This document shows positions 8,942-19,432 of a DNA stretch of 61,241 nucleotides, in pieces (position 1 is the first letter of the stretch; every line of letters starts with the position of its first letter). Under the pieces are notes generated by a model. That model did not search any database. It saw nothing but the letters and a program-made list of their open reading frames with translations, and was not told the origin of the DNA. The DNA comes from an uncultured Bacilli bacterium (lineage in GTDB: Bacteria > Bacillota_I > Bacilli_A > RF39 > UBA660). Position numbers and translations under genes: made by a program. The stretch spans positions 1 through 61,241 of the forward strand of contig CALVKN010000003.1 in NCBI GenBank assembly GCA_944332715.1, written 5' to 3'.

Positions 8942-9706
8942 ATGAACAAAATTATTAATGTTGTTGCAATTGATGACAACGATGTAGTGCTAAGTAGTGT
9001 AGGGAAGTATTTTAAAGGTAGTGAGCAAGTAAAGGTAGTAGGAAGTTTTAACAATGGAAAAGATGGACTTGCTTTTTTAATTAATCATCATGATGATTAT
9101 GATGTAATTCTTATGGATGTTTTGATGCCACAGATTGATGGAATTAAAATGTTAGAAGAGTTGCATAGAAGGAAAATAAATAAGAAAATAATTATCTTAT
9201 CAAGTTTTAAAGATGACTATACAATAAAGAAGGTACAAAAATTAAATGCAAGTTATTATATGCTTAAGCCTGTTGATATGCAAATATTAGAGGAAAGAAT
9301 AATCGATTTGTATGCTGAAGAAGATGAAATAAAGTTTTCAAATAATTATAGTGTGGAAGTAGAAGTAAGTTCTCTTTTACACGATTTAGGTATTCCATCT
9401 CATGTAAGAGGATATAAATATATTAGAGAAGGCATCATGATGCTTTATACTAGTAAAGAAGTAGCAACGTTAGTTACTAAAGAAATATATCCAGCGATTG
9501 CTAATATGTATAATACTACTTCAACAAGAGTAGAGCGAGCAATTAGACATGCAATTGAAATAAGTTGGACTAGAGGGGACTTAAAAATAATGGAAGACTT
9601 GTTTGGTAATAGTATTGATTTTGAAAGAAGTAAACCTACTAATTCAGAATTCTTAACAACTATTGCTGATAGAGTTAAATTACATCGTGGACAGTTAGTG
9701 GGTTAA
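8942..9706 (+). CDS. spo0A: Sporulation master regulator Spo0A
   Basis: Receiver domain (IDDN, MDVLMP, LKP) plus Spo0A C-domain (LGIPSHVRGYKYIRE, RVERAIRHAIE, KPTNSEF); RBS AGAAAGGA before ATG 8942. Confidence 0.95.
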   Translation: MNKIINVVAIDDNDVVLSSVGKYFKGSEQVKVVGSFNNGKDGLAFLINHHDDYDVILMDVLMPQIDGIKMLEELHRRKINKKIIILSSFKDDYTIKKVQKLNASYYMLKPVDMQILEERIIDLYAEEDEIKFSNNYSVEVEVSSLLHDLGIPSHVRGYKYIREGIMMLYTSKEVATLVTKEIYPAIANMYNTTSTRVERAIRHAIEISWTRGDLKIMEDLFGNSIDFERSKPTNSEFLTTIADRVKLHRGQLVG

Positions 9707-9779
9707 TGGAAAGTATTTTCCATTTTCTTGTTTTTTTAGAGGGTTTATGTTATCATAGTGGCGTAAATGAAGGTGACTT

Positions 9780-11282
9780 ATGAAAAAGATCTTAACTATT
9801 ATTTTTGATGGTTTTGGTATTCGTGATGATGAGACTGGAAATGCTGTTAAAGCCGCTAATATGAATAATTTTAATAATTTATGGAAAGAATACCCTCATG
9901 CTTTACTTGATGCATCTGGTACTGCAGTTGGGTTAAATGAAGGTCAACCTGGCAATAGTGAAGTTGGACATATGACTATTGGGGCAGGACGTATTTTAAA
10001 GCAACCAGAAATACTTGTTAATGAATTTTTAGCAAATCCTGATATGGAAAGTAAAAATATCCAAAAGTTATTAACACTTAAAGATAAAGATATTCATATA
10101 ATGGGACTTTGTAGTGATGGTAATATTCATGCTGGGGTTGATGATTTTTTAGGAATGTATCAATTCTTAGTGGATAATGGTCTAACTAAAATACATTTTC
10201 ATGTAATTACGGATGGAAGAGATACAGATATTCATGCTTCTTATAAATATATAAAGATGTTACAAGATAAAATAAAAGAAAATAATGATATTGGTAATAT
10301 TGCAACAGTTTGTGGCAGATATTATGCAATGGATAGAGATGAAAATTGGGGCAGAACAAAAATTTATTATGATTTAGTGGTAAATGGTAAGGGTACAAGT
10401 GCACTAGATGTCGAAAGATCCATTAATAAAAGTTATGAAAATGGGATTACTGATGAGTTTTTAAAACCGATTAAACTATCTCATGACATGATAAAAAATG
10501 GGGATGTATTAATTTGGATGAATTACCGAGCTGATAGAGCAAAACAAATACTTAATACGATTGTCAACTCAGAAGAATTTAGTGAATTTGAAGTTAAAGA
10601 TTTAAGTGATGTTACAGTATTTAGTTTCTTACATGTTGATAAAAAGATAAAGACATTAAATTTTATTGAAAATCCTGATGTAACACATCCTTTGGGAATA
10701 TATTTAAGTGAACTTGATTTTACGCAAGCAAGAATCGCTGAGTCAGAAAAATTTGCTCATGTTACATACTTTTTTGATGGTGGATTTGATGGCAAGATAA
10801 ATAAATGTGATAAGTTTCACATTGCTAGTCCGGATGTTGCAACTTATGATTTGAAACCAGAGATGAGTTGTGTTGAAGTAACGAAAAAGGTAGTTGCAGC
10901 AATGAATTCTGATTATGATTTTATATTAGTTAATTTTGCTAATCCTGATATGGTAGGGCATACGGGAAATATGGATGCAGCAACTAAAGCATGTATGGCA
11001 ATTGATTTGTGCTTAGGAAAGATACTTGAAAAAGCCGAAGATAATTTTTATAAAGTTATTTTACTTGCAGATCATGGTAATGCCGATACAATGATTAATC
11101 CTGATGGTAGCCCTTGTACAACCCATACAACAAGTTTAGTTCCATTTATAATTGTTGATAATAAGATTAAATTAAAGAGTAAAGGAACACTTGTTAATGT
11201 TGCTCCAACAATTCTTGATTATATGGACATAGCTATTCCAAGTGAAATGGCTGATACTGAATCTTTGTTAATTGAAGAATAA
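9780..11282 (+). CDS. gpmI: 2,3-bisphosphoglycerate-independent phosphoglycerate mutase
   Basis: GNSEVGH, DGRD, GRYYAMDRD, NFANPDMVGHTG, ADHGNA. Confidence 0.97.
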   Translation: MKKILTIIFDGFGIRDDETGNAVKAANMNNFNNLWKEYPHALLDASGTAVGLNEGQPGNSEVGHMTIGAGRILKQPEILVNEFLANPDMESKNIQKLLTLKDKDIHIMGLCSDGNIHAGVDDFLGMYQFLVDNGLTKIHFHVITDGRDTDIHASYKYIKMLQDKIKENNDIGNIATVCGRYYAMDRDENWGRTKIYYDLVVNGKGTSALDVERSINKSYENGITDEFLKPIKLSHDMIKNGDVLIWMNYRADRAKQILNTIVNSEEFSEFEVKDLSDVTVFSFLHVDKKIKTLNFIENPDVTHPLGIYLSELDFTQARIAESEKFAHVTYFFDGGFDGKINKCDKFHIASPDVATYDLKPEMSCVEVTKKVVAAMNSDYDFILVNFANPDMVGHTGNMDAATKACMAIDLCLGKILEKAEDNFYKVILLADHGNADTMINPDGSPCTTHTTSLVPFIIVDNKIKLKSKGTLVNVAPTILDYMDIAIPSEMADTESLLIEE

Positions 11283-11314
11283 AAGTTATTTTGATTTTGA
11301 GAATAACTTTTTTT
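11281..11314 (+). terminator. Intrinsic terminator after gpmI
   Basis: AAAAGTTATT...AATAACTTTT followed by T-run. Confidence 0.7.
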
Positions 11315-11377
11315 GTCTTTATGTAGAATTCTACATAATGATATTATAGGAAATTGCTTTAATTAATAAAAAAACAA

Positions 11378-11406
11378 TTGACACGCATACATTTGTTTGG
11401 TATAAT
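11378..11406 (+). promoter_or_regulatory. Consensus sigma-A promoter
   Basis: TTGACA-17 bp-TATAAT. Confidence 0.85.
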
Positions 11407-11501
11407 TAATTTATCAACTAAAGGGGGTGAAGAAAATATAGTTGAGATACTTAATTGCCTAAGTAATAATTGTTAACTAGATAAAAAATCTATAAACAAA
11501 C

Positions 11502-11619
11502 GAACAAAATTAGTAGGGTGGCGACCATCCGAAGTTGGTCTATGGAGGGCTCGAAGAGTCCAGCGAAGTAGAAATACCTTGTAGTGATGCAAGGCGCCAA
11601 ACTTGTTTGGCTTTTGTTC
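11502..11619 (+). ncRNA. Unassigned structured RNA (four-way junction)
   Basis: Basal stems GAACAAAA/TTTTGTTC and TGGCG/CGCCA enclose three hairpins, one with a GUGA GNRA loop; GC-rich relative to flanks; G-U pairs favour the + strand. Confidence 0.55.
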
Positions 11620-11914
11620 TGCTTATGAGTTGGAAGCATTTGCAAAGGTTTTTGAGGAGGATACAAGTGAGGTAACAGATTTTTTGAATAATATGATGGA
11701 AATGGCATCTCGCTTGATGTATAAAAGTAATAGGACTCCGGAAGAAAATATGAGTTTAAAAATGTTACATGTAGATATGGAACGTTTTAGAATAAATATG
11801 CTTAAGTTTATAAGTGATGCTCTTTGGGATATGGCTCATAATATGTCTGATGAAGTTATTTTAAAATATGATGATGTATTTGTAATCGAATCACTAGAAT
11901 ATGGTGGAAGATAA
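11603..11914 (+). CDS. Hypothetical protein (start uncertain)
   Basis: 103-codon ORF with coding-like composition, no clear RBS. Confidence 0.4.
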   Translation: MFGFCSAYELEAFAKVFEEDTSEVTDFLNNMMEMASRLMYKSNRTPEENMSLKMLHVDMERFRINMLKFISDALWDMAHNMSDEVILKYDDVFVIESLEYGGR

Positions 11915-11949
11915 AAATAAATTTTGATATAATTTGGTTGGAGTAGCTT

Positions 11950-12906
11950 ATGAAAAAACAAAATATTATATTTATTTTAATTGTATTATTAGTAGTTATA
12001 TTAATTATTGGTGGAGTATTATTATTTAGAAAAGATAGTGTAGAGTTAGAGATGATTGTTACTAAAGGTAATAGTATTTATGCAATAAATAATCTTGGTG
12101 AAGAAATAGAAATAATGGATATGAGCAATTATAATGACTTTGTCTATACATATAAGAATAATAAGTTATATCTTTATTTATATACCAATAAGACAATTGA
12201 TGGAGAGGTTGTAGAAAATAATTTTATTGGGTATATTGATTTGCTTGACGAAGATTATGAACTTAATAGTTTATCAAGGGCAACACTTGAGGGAACTCCC
12301 GAATCAATTGCAGTAACAAATGATTATATATATTTAGCCTCTTCTGATTATAATGGAGTATACAGATATAATATTGTGGACTCAAGTATTACTGGTTGGA
12401 GTGATTTTTATGAGTTAAATCATGTTAAGTTATATAGTTTTATTAATGATGGCATGGTTTATGTGGAAGATAATGCTTTGGGATTAATTAATATTGAAAA
12501 TGATGTCTTAGTTAAAGTTGCTGAGGGAGATTTATCTTTTATTTGTGGTAATAACATTGTATATAAAGAATATGAAAGCGATACGGGCTGGGTATATAAA
12601 GTATATAATATAAGTGATGAAGAGTTAAAAGATATTAGTGATGTAATAGATACACAACAAGATAGTATTCTTTATATTAGAGATTCATATGTTTATGCTA
12701 ATGGAAATAGTTTATATAGAAATAAAGATGGGGTTAGTGAAAAAATATATGAATTTAATGATTATATAAATAGTGTTAATTTGGGACCAGATGATTTAGT
12801 ATATGTTTCATATGGTACTGATAATGTTGTTAGTTTAGATATTGATACACTTGAAATTAATGATTATGATAGTGAAGTATATTTAAATATTTTATATATT
12901 AATTGA
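11950..12906 (+). CDS. Membrane-anchored hypothetical protein, beta-rich (propeller-like)
   Basis: N-terminal TM helix; Tyr/Asn/Asp-rich repeating beta-strand pattern. Confidence 0.7.
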   Translation: MKKQNIIFILIVLLVVILIIGGVLLFRKDSVELEMIVTKGNSIYAINNLGEEIEIMDMSNYNDFVYTYKNNKLYLYLYTNKTIDGEVVENNFIGYIDLLDEDYELNSLSRATLEGTPESIAVTNDYIYLASSDYNGVYRYNIVDSSITGWSDFYELNHVKLYSFINDGMVYVEDNALGLINIENDVLVKVAEGDLSFICGNNIVYKEYESDTGWVYKVYNISDEELKDISDVIDTQQDSILYIRDSYVYANGNSLYRNKDGVSEKIYEFNDYINSVNLGPDDLVYVSYGTDNVVSLDIDTLEINDYDSEVYLNILYIN

Positions 12907-12969
12907 ATTTGCATGAGAAAATGCAAATTTTTTGTTGCATTTCATAGATTTTAATGGTAATATTATATA

Positions 12970-13090
12970 CGTATGACTGCGTTGATGTGCAAGGTTACTG
13001 ATACACTAGGGTAAGTTGGTAAAGAGAAGTTGTGTTGGAGAACTTGTGCGGAGTATGTCTATACTAGATATAGGCGAAAGGAGGACATGT
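12970..13090 (+). promoter_or_regulatory. rpsJ (S10 operon) leader RNA
   Basis: GATGTGCAAGGTTACTGATACAC...GTGTTGG...GCGGAG..TGTCTAT...ATAGGCGAAAGGAGG resembles the conserved Firmicutes S10 leader; promoter TTGCAT-17-TAATAT at 12935-12963. Confidence 0.7.
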
Positions 13091-13092
13091 AA

Positions 13093-13401
13093 GTGTCAAG
13101 TACAAAAGTTAGAATCAATTTGAAAGCATACGATCATCGATTATTAGATGTTGCAGCCGGAAAAATTGTGGAAACTGTTAAAAGAACTGGCGGCGAAATT
13201 TCTGGACCTGTACCTTTACCAACAGAAATTGAAAAAGTTACAGTGTTAAGAGCGGTACACAAATATAAGGATGCACGTGAACAATTCGAAAGAAGAACTC
13301 ACAAGAGATTAATCGATATTAAAAATCCTAGTAAGGAAACTGTTGATGCGTTAACTCATTTAGATTTACCTAGTGGTGTTGATGTAAATATCAAATTATA
13401 A
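13093..13401 (+). CDS. rpsJ: 30S ribosomal protein S10
   Basis: [25 protein letters not shown]. Confidence 0.98.
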   Translation: MSSTKVRINLKAYDHRLLDVAAGKIVETVKRTGGEISGPVPLPTEIEKVTVLRAVHKYKDAREQFERRTHKRLIDIKNPSKETVDALTHLDLPSGVDVNIKL

Positions 13402-13426
13402 GAAAATTTAAGAAAGGAAAGTAAAA

Positions 13427-14224
13427 ATGAAAGGAATCTTAGGACGCAAAGCTGGAATGACTCAAGTATTTACTAAAGATGGTAAACTTATTCCTGTTAC
13501 AGTTATTGAAGTTGAACCAAATGTAGTAATGCAAGTTAAGACTGTAGAAAAAGATGGTTATAACGCAATCCAACTTGGCGTATTTGAAAAGAAAGAAAAA
13601 TTAGCAAATAAACCTGAAATGGGAAATGCTAAACGCGCAAACACTACTCCTAAGCGCTTCTTAAAAGAAATAAGAGATGTAGAATCAACTTATAATATTG
13701 GTGATACAGTTAGCGCTGGTGTATTTACTGTAGGAGAAATCGTTGATGTAACAGGAACTAGTAAAGGACATGGTTTCCAAGGTGTTATCAAGAGACATAA
13801 CCAATCTCGTGGACCTATGACTCATGGATCTCACTATCACAGAAGACCTGGTTCACTAGGAACAATGTTACCAAAAAGAGTATTAAAGGGTAAAAAGTTA
13901 GCTGGTCACATGGGTGTTGATACAGTTACTATTCAAAATCTAGAAATTATAGAAGTAAACGAAGCAGAAAATTATATTTTAGTAAGTGGAAATGTTCCAG
14001 GAGCAAAAAATTCTTTAGTGTTAATCAAGACTGCCGTTAAGAATAGTCGCAAGAGTGATCCTAAAGAAATTCTTGAATACGAAGTTGAAACTGTAGTTGA
14101 TGAAGTAACTCCGGAAGAAGTTAGTGAAGAAGTAGTAGAAACTACTGAAGAAGTTGCTAACTCAGAAGAAACAGAAGTTGAAGTAACAGATGCTGCAGAA
14201 GAAACTCAAGAAGAAAGCAAGTAA
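13427..14224 (+). CDS. rplC: 50S ribosomal protein L3 with acidic C-terminal extension
   Basis: [30 protein letters not shown]. Confidence 0.98.
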   Translation: MKGILGRKAGMTQVFTKDGKLIPVTVIEVEPNVVMQVKTVEKDGYNAIQLGVFEKKEKLANKPEMGNAKRANTTPKRFLKEIRDVESTYNIGDTVSAGVFTVGEIVDVTGTSKGHGFQGVIKRHNQSRGPMTHGSHYHRRPGSLGTMLPKRVLKGKKLAGHMGVDTVTIQNLEIIEVNEAENYILVSGNVPGAKNSLVLIKTAVKNSRKSDPKEILEYEVETVVDEVTPEEVSEEVVETTEEVANSEETEVEVTDAAEETQEESK

Positions 14225-14245
14225 TTGCTTAGAAAGGATTAAGAT

Positions 14246-14872
14246 ATGACAAAGATAAGTGTTAAAAATATTGATGGCGAAAAAGTTAAAGATTTAACAT
14301 TGACAGACAGTATCTGGAATATTGAAGTAAATACTGATGCTTTAAAGAAAATGATTCGTTTACAACTTGATAGTGCTCGCCAAGGAACTAGAAAAACTAA
14401 GAATAGAAGTGAAGTTTCTGGTGGTGGAAGAAAGCCTTGGAGACAAAAGGGTACTGGACGTGCTCGTCAAGGTAGTATTCGTGCTACACAATGGCGTGGC
14501 GGCGGAATACCTTTAGGTGTTGGTCCAAGAGATTTTACATTTAAAATTAATAAAAAAGAAAGAGTTCTTGCTCTAAAGAGTGCTTTATCTAATAAAGTAC
14601 AAGAAAGATCTTTAGTAATTGTAGATAACTTTAATATGGAATCTACTAAAACTAAAGATGGAGTAAAAGTTTTAGAAAACTTAAAAGTTGCTGATAACAA
14701 AGTATTATTTGTTACAAGTGATGATGCTGAAAAACTATATTTAGCAGTTAGAAATTTACCAAATGTATTAGTAATATATGTTGATGAAGTAAATTGCTAT
14801 GATTTAGTAAATGCTGATACTGTTATTATGGATGAAGCAGCAATAAAGAAACTAGAGGAGGTGCTTAAATAA
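14246..14872 (+). CDS. rplD: 50S ribosomal protein L4
   Basis: KPWRQKGTGRARQGS. Confidence 0.98.
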   Translation: MTKISVKNIDGEKVKDLTLTDSIWNIEVNTDALKKMIRLQLDSARQGTRKTKNRSEVSGGGRKPWRQKGTGRARQGSIRATQWRGGGIPLGVGPRDFTFKINKKERVLALKSALSNKVQERSLVIVDNFNMESTKTKDGVKVLENLKVADNKVLFVTSDDAEKLYLAVRNLPNVLVIYVDEVNCYDLVNADTVIMDEAAIKKLEEVLK

Positions 14873-15147
14873 TGAAACATTATACAGATATCATTATTGC
14901 ACCAGTCATTACTGAAAAATCAATGGCTAATAGACAAAATAATGTATATACATTTAAAGTTGCTAAGGATGCAACTAAGACTGATATAAAACGCGCAGTT
15001 GAAGAAGCATTTAAGGTAAGTGTTAAGAGTGTTAATACATTAAATACAAAATCTAAAAGAAGAAGAGTTGGAAGATACTCAGGAAGAACTAAGACTTATA
15101 AAAAGGCTATTGTTACTTTGGCTGAAGGTTCTTCAATTGAGATTTAG
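14872..15147 (+). CDS. rplW: 50S ribosomal protein L23
   Basis: PVITEKS, YKKAIVTL; operon position. Confidence 0.97.
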   Translation: MKHYTDIIIAPVITEKSMANRQNNVYTFKVAKDATKTDIKRAVEEAFKVSVKSVNTLNTKSKRRRVGRYSGRTKTYKKAIVTLAEGSSIEI

Positions 15148-15156
15148 GAGGAAATT

Positions 15157-15987
15157 ATGGCTATAAAACATTATAAACCTACAACTAATGGTCGTAGAGG
15201 AATGACAACTTTAGTTAATGATGAATTAACTGGGGCTAAACCTACTAAATCATTACTTAAGACTAAAAGTAAAACTGGTGGAAGAAATAATCAAGGTAAA
15301 ATGACAGTTCGCCATATTGGTGGTGGAGCTAAAAGAAAATACCGTATGATTGATTATAAGAGAAACAAAATTGGTGTTACTGGACGTGTTGCATCTATTG
15401 AATACGATCCAAATAGAAGCGCTAATATTGCTCTTATTAATTATAAAGATGGTGAAAAAAGATATATTATTGCTCCGAATGGATTACAAGTTGGGGCAAT
15501 AATTGAGAATGGTGAAGGTGCTGATATTAAAGTTGGTAATGCACTACCACTTTCAAATATCCCGGTTGGTACAACTATTCACTGTATTGAACTTCAACCT
15601 GGTAAAGGTGCTGAGTTATGCCGTAGTGCTGGAGCTAGTGCTCAAATACTAGGACGTGAAGGAAAATATGTAATGGTTCGTTTACAATCTGGAGAAACAA
15701 GATTAATACTTGGAACTTGTATGGCAACAGTTGGTGTTGTTGGTAATGAAGATTACAAGTTAGTAAATCTTGGTAAAGCTGGACGTAAACGTCATATGGG
15801 TATAAGACCTACTAACCGTGGATCTGTAATGAATCCTAACGATCACCCTCATGGTGGTGGTGAAGGTCGCGCTCCAATTGGACGTAAGAGCCCAATGACA
15901 CCTTGGGGTAAACCTGCACTTGGTGTTAAAACTCGTAAGAGTAAAAAGAAAAGTGAAAGACTTATTGTAAGTAGAAAGGCAAAATAG
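15157..15987 (+). CDS. rplB: 50S ribosomal protein L2
   Basis: [21 protein letters not shown]. Confidence 0.98.
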   Translation: MAIKHYKPTTNGRRGMTTLVNDELTGAKPTKSLLKTKSKTGGRNNQGKMTVRHIGGGAKRKYRMIDYKRNKIGVTGRVASIEYDPNRSANIALINYKDGEKRYIIAPNGLQVGAIIENGEGADIKVGNALPLSNIPVGTTIHCIELQPGKGAELCRSAGASAQILGREGKYVMVRLQSGETRLILGTCMATVGVVGNEDYKLVNLGKAGRKRHMGIRPTNRGSVMNPNDHPHGGGEGRAPIGRKSPMTPWGKPALGVKTRKSKKKSERLIVSRKAK

Positions 15988-15996
15988 GGAGGAAAT

Positions 15997-16260
15997 ATGG
16001 CAAGAAGTTTGAAAAAAGGACCTTATGTAGCAGAATCGCTAATGAAACGCGTCCAAGAAATGAATAAAAGTAACAAAAAAACAGTTATTAAAACATGGTC
16101 AAGAAGATCTACTATTTTTCCTGATTTTGTAGGACATACAATAGCTGTTCACAATGGTAAAGATTTTATACCTGTATATATTACAGAAGATATGGTTGGA
16201 CATAAACTTGGAGAATTTTCACAAACTCGTAAGTTTACTGGACACGCAGGAAATAAATAG
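15997..16260 (+). CDS. rpsS: 30S ribosomal protein S19
   Basis: [15 protein letters not shown]. Confidence 0.98.
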   Translation: MARSLKKGPYVAESLMKRVQEMNKSNKKTVIKTWSRRSTIFPDFVGHTIAVHNGKDFIPVYITEDMVGHKLGEFSQTRKFTGHAGNK

Positions 16261-16268
16261 GAGGTAAC

Positions 16269-16616
16269 ATGGAAGCATATGCAATTCATAAAAATGCTTT
16301 AATTAAACCAAGACTTGCAAGAATGACTATGGATTTAATTAGAGGTAAAGATGTTGAAACTGCTCGGGGTATTTTGGAAAATACGAATACTAAAGCAAGT
16401 AGACTTATATTAAAAGTTTTAAATTCTGCAGTAGCAAATGCTGTAAATAACTTTGGTGCAAATGAAGCAGACCTTAGAATTAGTGAATGTTATATTAATC
16501 CAGGTCCTATTTACAAAAGAATTAAATTTGCGAGTCGCGGAAATGTTGATCGTCATGATAAGAGAAGCAGTCACATTACAGTATGTGTAAGTGATACAAA
16601 GAAAGGAGTAAAATAG
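16269..16616 (+). CDS. rplV: 50S ribosomal protein L22
   Basis: [13 protein letters not shown]; operon position. Confidence 0.95.
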   Translation: MEAYAIHKNALIKPRLARMTMDLIRGKDVETARGILENTNTKASRLILKVLNSAVANAVNNFGANEADLRISECYINPGPIYKRIKFASRGNVDRHDKRSSHITVCVSDTKKGVK

Positions 16617-16617
16617 T

Positions 16618-17295
16618 ATGGGACAAAAAGTAAATCCTATAGGATATCGTCTTGGTGTTAATAAAGACTGGCAATCAAAATGGTATGCTAAAAAAGATTA
16701 TCCAGAATATTTAATCAACGATATTAAAATAAGAGAATATCTTGATAAAAATATGAAAGATGCTGCTATTGCTAGTGTAATTATTGAACGTAAAAAAGGC
16801 AGATGCGAAGTTACTATTTATACTGCTAAACCTGGTGTTATCATTGGTCGTGGCGGTGAAGACATTGAAAAACTAAGAAAGAAAATCGCTAAATTAGTTG
16901 GCGAAGAAATTTATATCAATATAGTAGAAGAAAAGAATCCTGATTTAAATGCTAAATTGGTTGCTGAACAAATTGCTGCGCAAATCGCTGCAAGAGCACC
17001 ATTTAGATCTGCTCAAAAAAGAGCTATCAGAAATGTTATGAAATCTGGAGCTAAAGGATGCAAAACTAGTGTATCTGGAAGACTTGGTGGAGCAGAAATG
17101 GCTAGAACTGAAGGTTATACTGAAGGTACTGTGCCACTACATACAATCAGAGCTGACGTAGATTATGCAACGGCTGAGGCAGATACTACATATGGTAAGA
17201 TTGGAGTTAAAGTTTGGATTTATAAAAATGAAATTCTTCCTGCTAAAAAAACAGTGAAGGGAGCTGATAAAAATGTTGATGCCAAAGAGAACTAA
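16618..17295 (+). CDS. rpsC: 30S ribosomal protein S3
   Basis: [26 protein letters not shown]. Confidence 0.98.
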   Translation: MGQKVNPIGYRLGVNKDWQSKWYAKKDYPEYLINDIKIREYLDKNMKDAAIASVIIERKKGRCEVTIYTAKPGVIIGRGGEDIEKLRKKIAKLVGEEIYINIVEEKNPDLNAKLVAEQIAAQIAARAPFRSAQKRAIRNVMKSGAKGCKTSVSGRLGGAEMARTEGYTEGTVPLHTIRADVDYATAEADTTYGKIGVKVWIYKNEILPAKKTVKGADKNVDAKEN

Positions 17296-17710
17296 ATATC
17301 GTAAAAGTCATAGAATAAGTTATGATGGTAAAGCTAAAGGAAATACAGAATTACACTTTGGTGAATACGGATTACAAGCTATCGAAGGTGGCTGGATATC
17401 AGCTCGTCAAATCGAAGCATCTCGTATAGCGATGACAAGATTTATGAAACGTGGTGGTAAAGTATTTATTAACATTTTCCCACATATGCCAAGAACTAAA
17501 AAACCTCTTGAAACTCGTCAAGGTAAAGGTAAAGGTAACGTTGAAGAATGGGTAGCAGTAGTAAAAAAAGGTAAAATTATGTTTGAAGTAAGTGGAGTAA
17601 CTGAAGATGTTGCTCGTGAAGCACTTAGACTTGCATCACATAAATTATCTGTTAAAACTAAATTTGTTAAAAAAGAAGATGTAAAGGATGGTGATTCTCT
17701 TGAAAATTAA
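17273..17710 (+). CDS. rplP: 50S ribosomal protein L16
   Basis: [18 protein letters not shown]. Confidence 0.98.
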   Translation: MLMPKRTKYRKSHRISYDGKAKGNTELHFGEYGLQAIEGGWISARQIEASRIAMTRFMKRGGKVFINIFPHMPRTKKPLETRQGKGKGNVEEWVAVVKKGKIMFEVSGVTEDVAREALRLASHKLSVKTKFVKKEDVKDGDSLEN

Positions 17711-17903
17711 TGAAATTAGAGAAATGTCTTCAGAAGATTTAAAAAAGAAAATCACTGAAACTAAAGAACAATTATTTACAATGAGAATGCAACAAGCAAA
17801 TGGAACACTTGAAAAACCAACTCAACTTAAAACTTTAAGAAGAGATGTTGCAAAAATGAAAACTGTTTTAAAAGAAAGAGAACTTAATGGAGGTAACGAA
17901 TAA
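17700..17903 (+). CDS. rpmC: 50S ribosomal protein L29
   Basis: [11 protein letters not shown]; TTG start after RBS GGTGA. Confidence 0.93.
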   Translation: MKINEIREMSSEDLKKKITETKEQLFTMRMQQANGTLEKPTQLKTLRRDVAKMKTVLKERELNGGNE

Positions 17904-18160
17904 TGAATGAAGCAAAACAAGAATTAATTGGTAAAGTTGTAAGTAGCAGTAATAATAAGACTATTACCGTATTAGTTGAAACTTCCAAAAAGCATCCTTT
18001 ATACAAAAAACAAGTTAAATATTCAAAGAAATATGCTGCACATGATGAAGAAAATAAAGCAAAAGTAGGAGATACAGTAAAAATTAGAATGACTAGACCA
18101 TTATCTAAAACTAAGAGATATGAACTAGTGGAAGTTCTAGTTGAGGCTGTTATCCTTTAG
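17903..18160 (+). CDS. rpsQ: 30S ribosomal protein S17
   Basis: [15 protein letters not shown]. Confidence 0.97.
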   Translation: MNEAKQELIGKVVSSSNNKTITVLVETSKKHPLYKKQVKYSKKYAAHDEENKAKVGDTVKIRMTRPLSKTKRYELVEVLVEAVIL

Positions 18161-18171
18161 GAGGTATTATT

Positions 18172-18540
18172 ATGGTAATGCAAGAAAGTAGACTTAAAGT
18201 TGCCGATAATAGTGGTGCTCGTGAACTTTTAGTAATAAGAGTTATGGGTGGATCTAAAGTTAAATATGGTAATATTGGTGACGTTGTAGTTGGGACTGTT
18301 AAAAAAGCAATTCCTAATAGTCCTATCAAAAAGGGTAAAGTTGTCAAGGCTGTTATCGTTAGAACTGTTGATGGCGTAAGAAGAAGTGATGGTTCTTATA
18401 TCAAATTTGATGATAATGCATGCGTTTTAATTAAGGATGATAAGTCCCCAATTGGAACACGTGTTTTAGGACCAGTTGCTAGAGAGTTAAGAGAAAAAGA
18501 TTATATGAAGATCGTATCTCTTGCCTCAGAAGTATTATAG
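18172..18540 (+). CDS. rplN: 50S ribosomal protein L14
   Basis: [24 protein letters not shown]. Confidence 0.98.
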   Translation: MVMQESRLKVADNSGARELLVIRVMGGSKVKYGNIGDVVVGTVKKAIPNSPIKKGKVVKAVIVRTVDGVRRSDGSYIKFDDNACVLIKDDKSPIGTRVLGPVARELREKDYMKIVSLASEVL

Positions 18541-18548
18541 GAGGCTGT

Positions 18549-18881
18549 ATGAAAGTTAAAGTTGGAGATACTGTAAAAATTATTGCTGGTGCTGATAAAG
18601 GTAAAGAAGGCAAAGTTATTAGAACTATAAAATCAGAACAAAGAGTTGTAGTTGAAGGTGTACATATTGTTAAGAAACATAGTAAACCTAGAACTAATAA
18701 TGAGTCTGGTGGAATATTTGAAATTGAAGCTCCTATTCATGTTTCAAATGTAAAAGTTATCACCGAAGCAGAAGCAAAAGAAATAAAAAAAGAAGCTAAG
18801 AAGGCTTCAAAAAAAGAAAAAGTAGAAGAAAAAGTTGGAAAAAAAGCAACTAAAAAAACTTCTAAGAAAGCGAGTAAGTAG
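18549..18881 (+). CDS. rplX: 50S ribosomal protein L24 with Lys-rich tail
   Basis: [25 protein letters not shown]. Confidence 0.97.
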   Translation: MKVKVGDTVKIIAGADKGKEGKVIRTIKSEQRVVVEGVHIVKKHSKPRTNNESGGIFEIEAPIHVSNVKVITEAEAKEIKKEAKKASKKEKVEEKVGKKATKKTSKKASK

Positions 18882-18883
18882 TT

Positions 18884-19423
18884 ATGAGTAATTTTAAGAC
18901 ATTATATAATGAAAAAATTGTTCCAGAATTAATGAAGGAATACAATTATACTACTGTAATGGCTGTACCTAAACTTGAAAAGATTGTTGTTAACATGGGT
19001 GTTGGTGATGGATCTAAAGATGAAAAGTTTATTACTGCTGCAGTAAAAGACTTAGAAAAAATTACTGGTCAAAAACCTGTTGTTACGAAAGCTCGTAAGT
19101 CAATTGCGGGATTTAAAGTTCGTGAAGGACAACCTATTGGAGTTAAAGTAACTTTAAGAGGAGAAAATATGTATTATTTCTTTGAAAAGTTAGTTAAGGT
19201 TGGACTTCCTCGTGTAAGAGATTTCCGTGGCGTTTCACCTCATTCATTTGATGGAAAAGGAAATTATACAATTGGTATTAAAGAACAATTAATTTTCCCT
19301 GAAATCGATTATGATGAAGTTGTTAAGGTACGTGGTATGGATATCATATTCGTAACTACTGCAAAGAGCAATGAAGAAGCTAAGAGTTTACTTGCTGGCT
19401 TCGGAATGCCTTTTAGGAATTAG
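18884..19423 (+). CDS. rplE: 50S ribosomal protein L5
   Basis: [16 protein letters not shown]. Confidence 0.98.
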   Translation: MSNFKTLYNEKIVPELMKEYNYTTVMAVPKLEKIVVNMGVGDGSKDEKFITAAVKDLEKITGQKPVVTKARKSIAGFKVREGQPIGVKVTLRGENMYYFFEKLVKVGLPRVRDFRGVSPHSFDGKGNYTIGIKEQLIFPEIDYDEVVKVRGMDIIFVTTAKSNEEAKSLLAGFGMPFRN

Positions 19424-19432
19424 GAGGACGTT

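Noticed and set aside
11510-11530. T-box antiterminator-like AGGGTGGCGACC
   Set aside because: Extra base relative to GGTGGNACC, no recognisable stem I/specifier or terminator, and no amino-acid-related gene downstream
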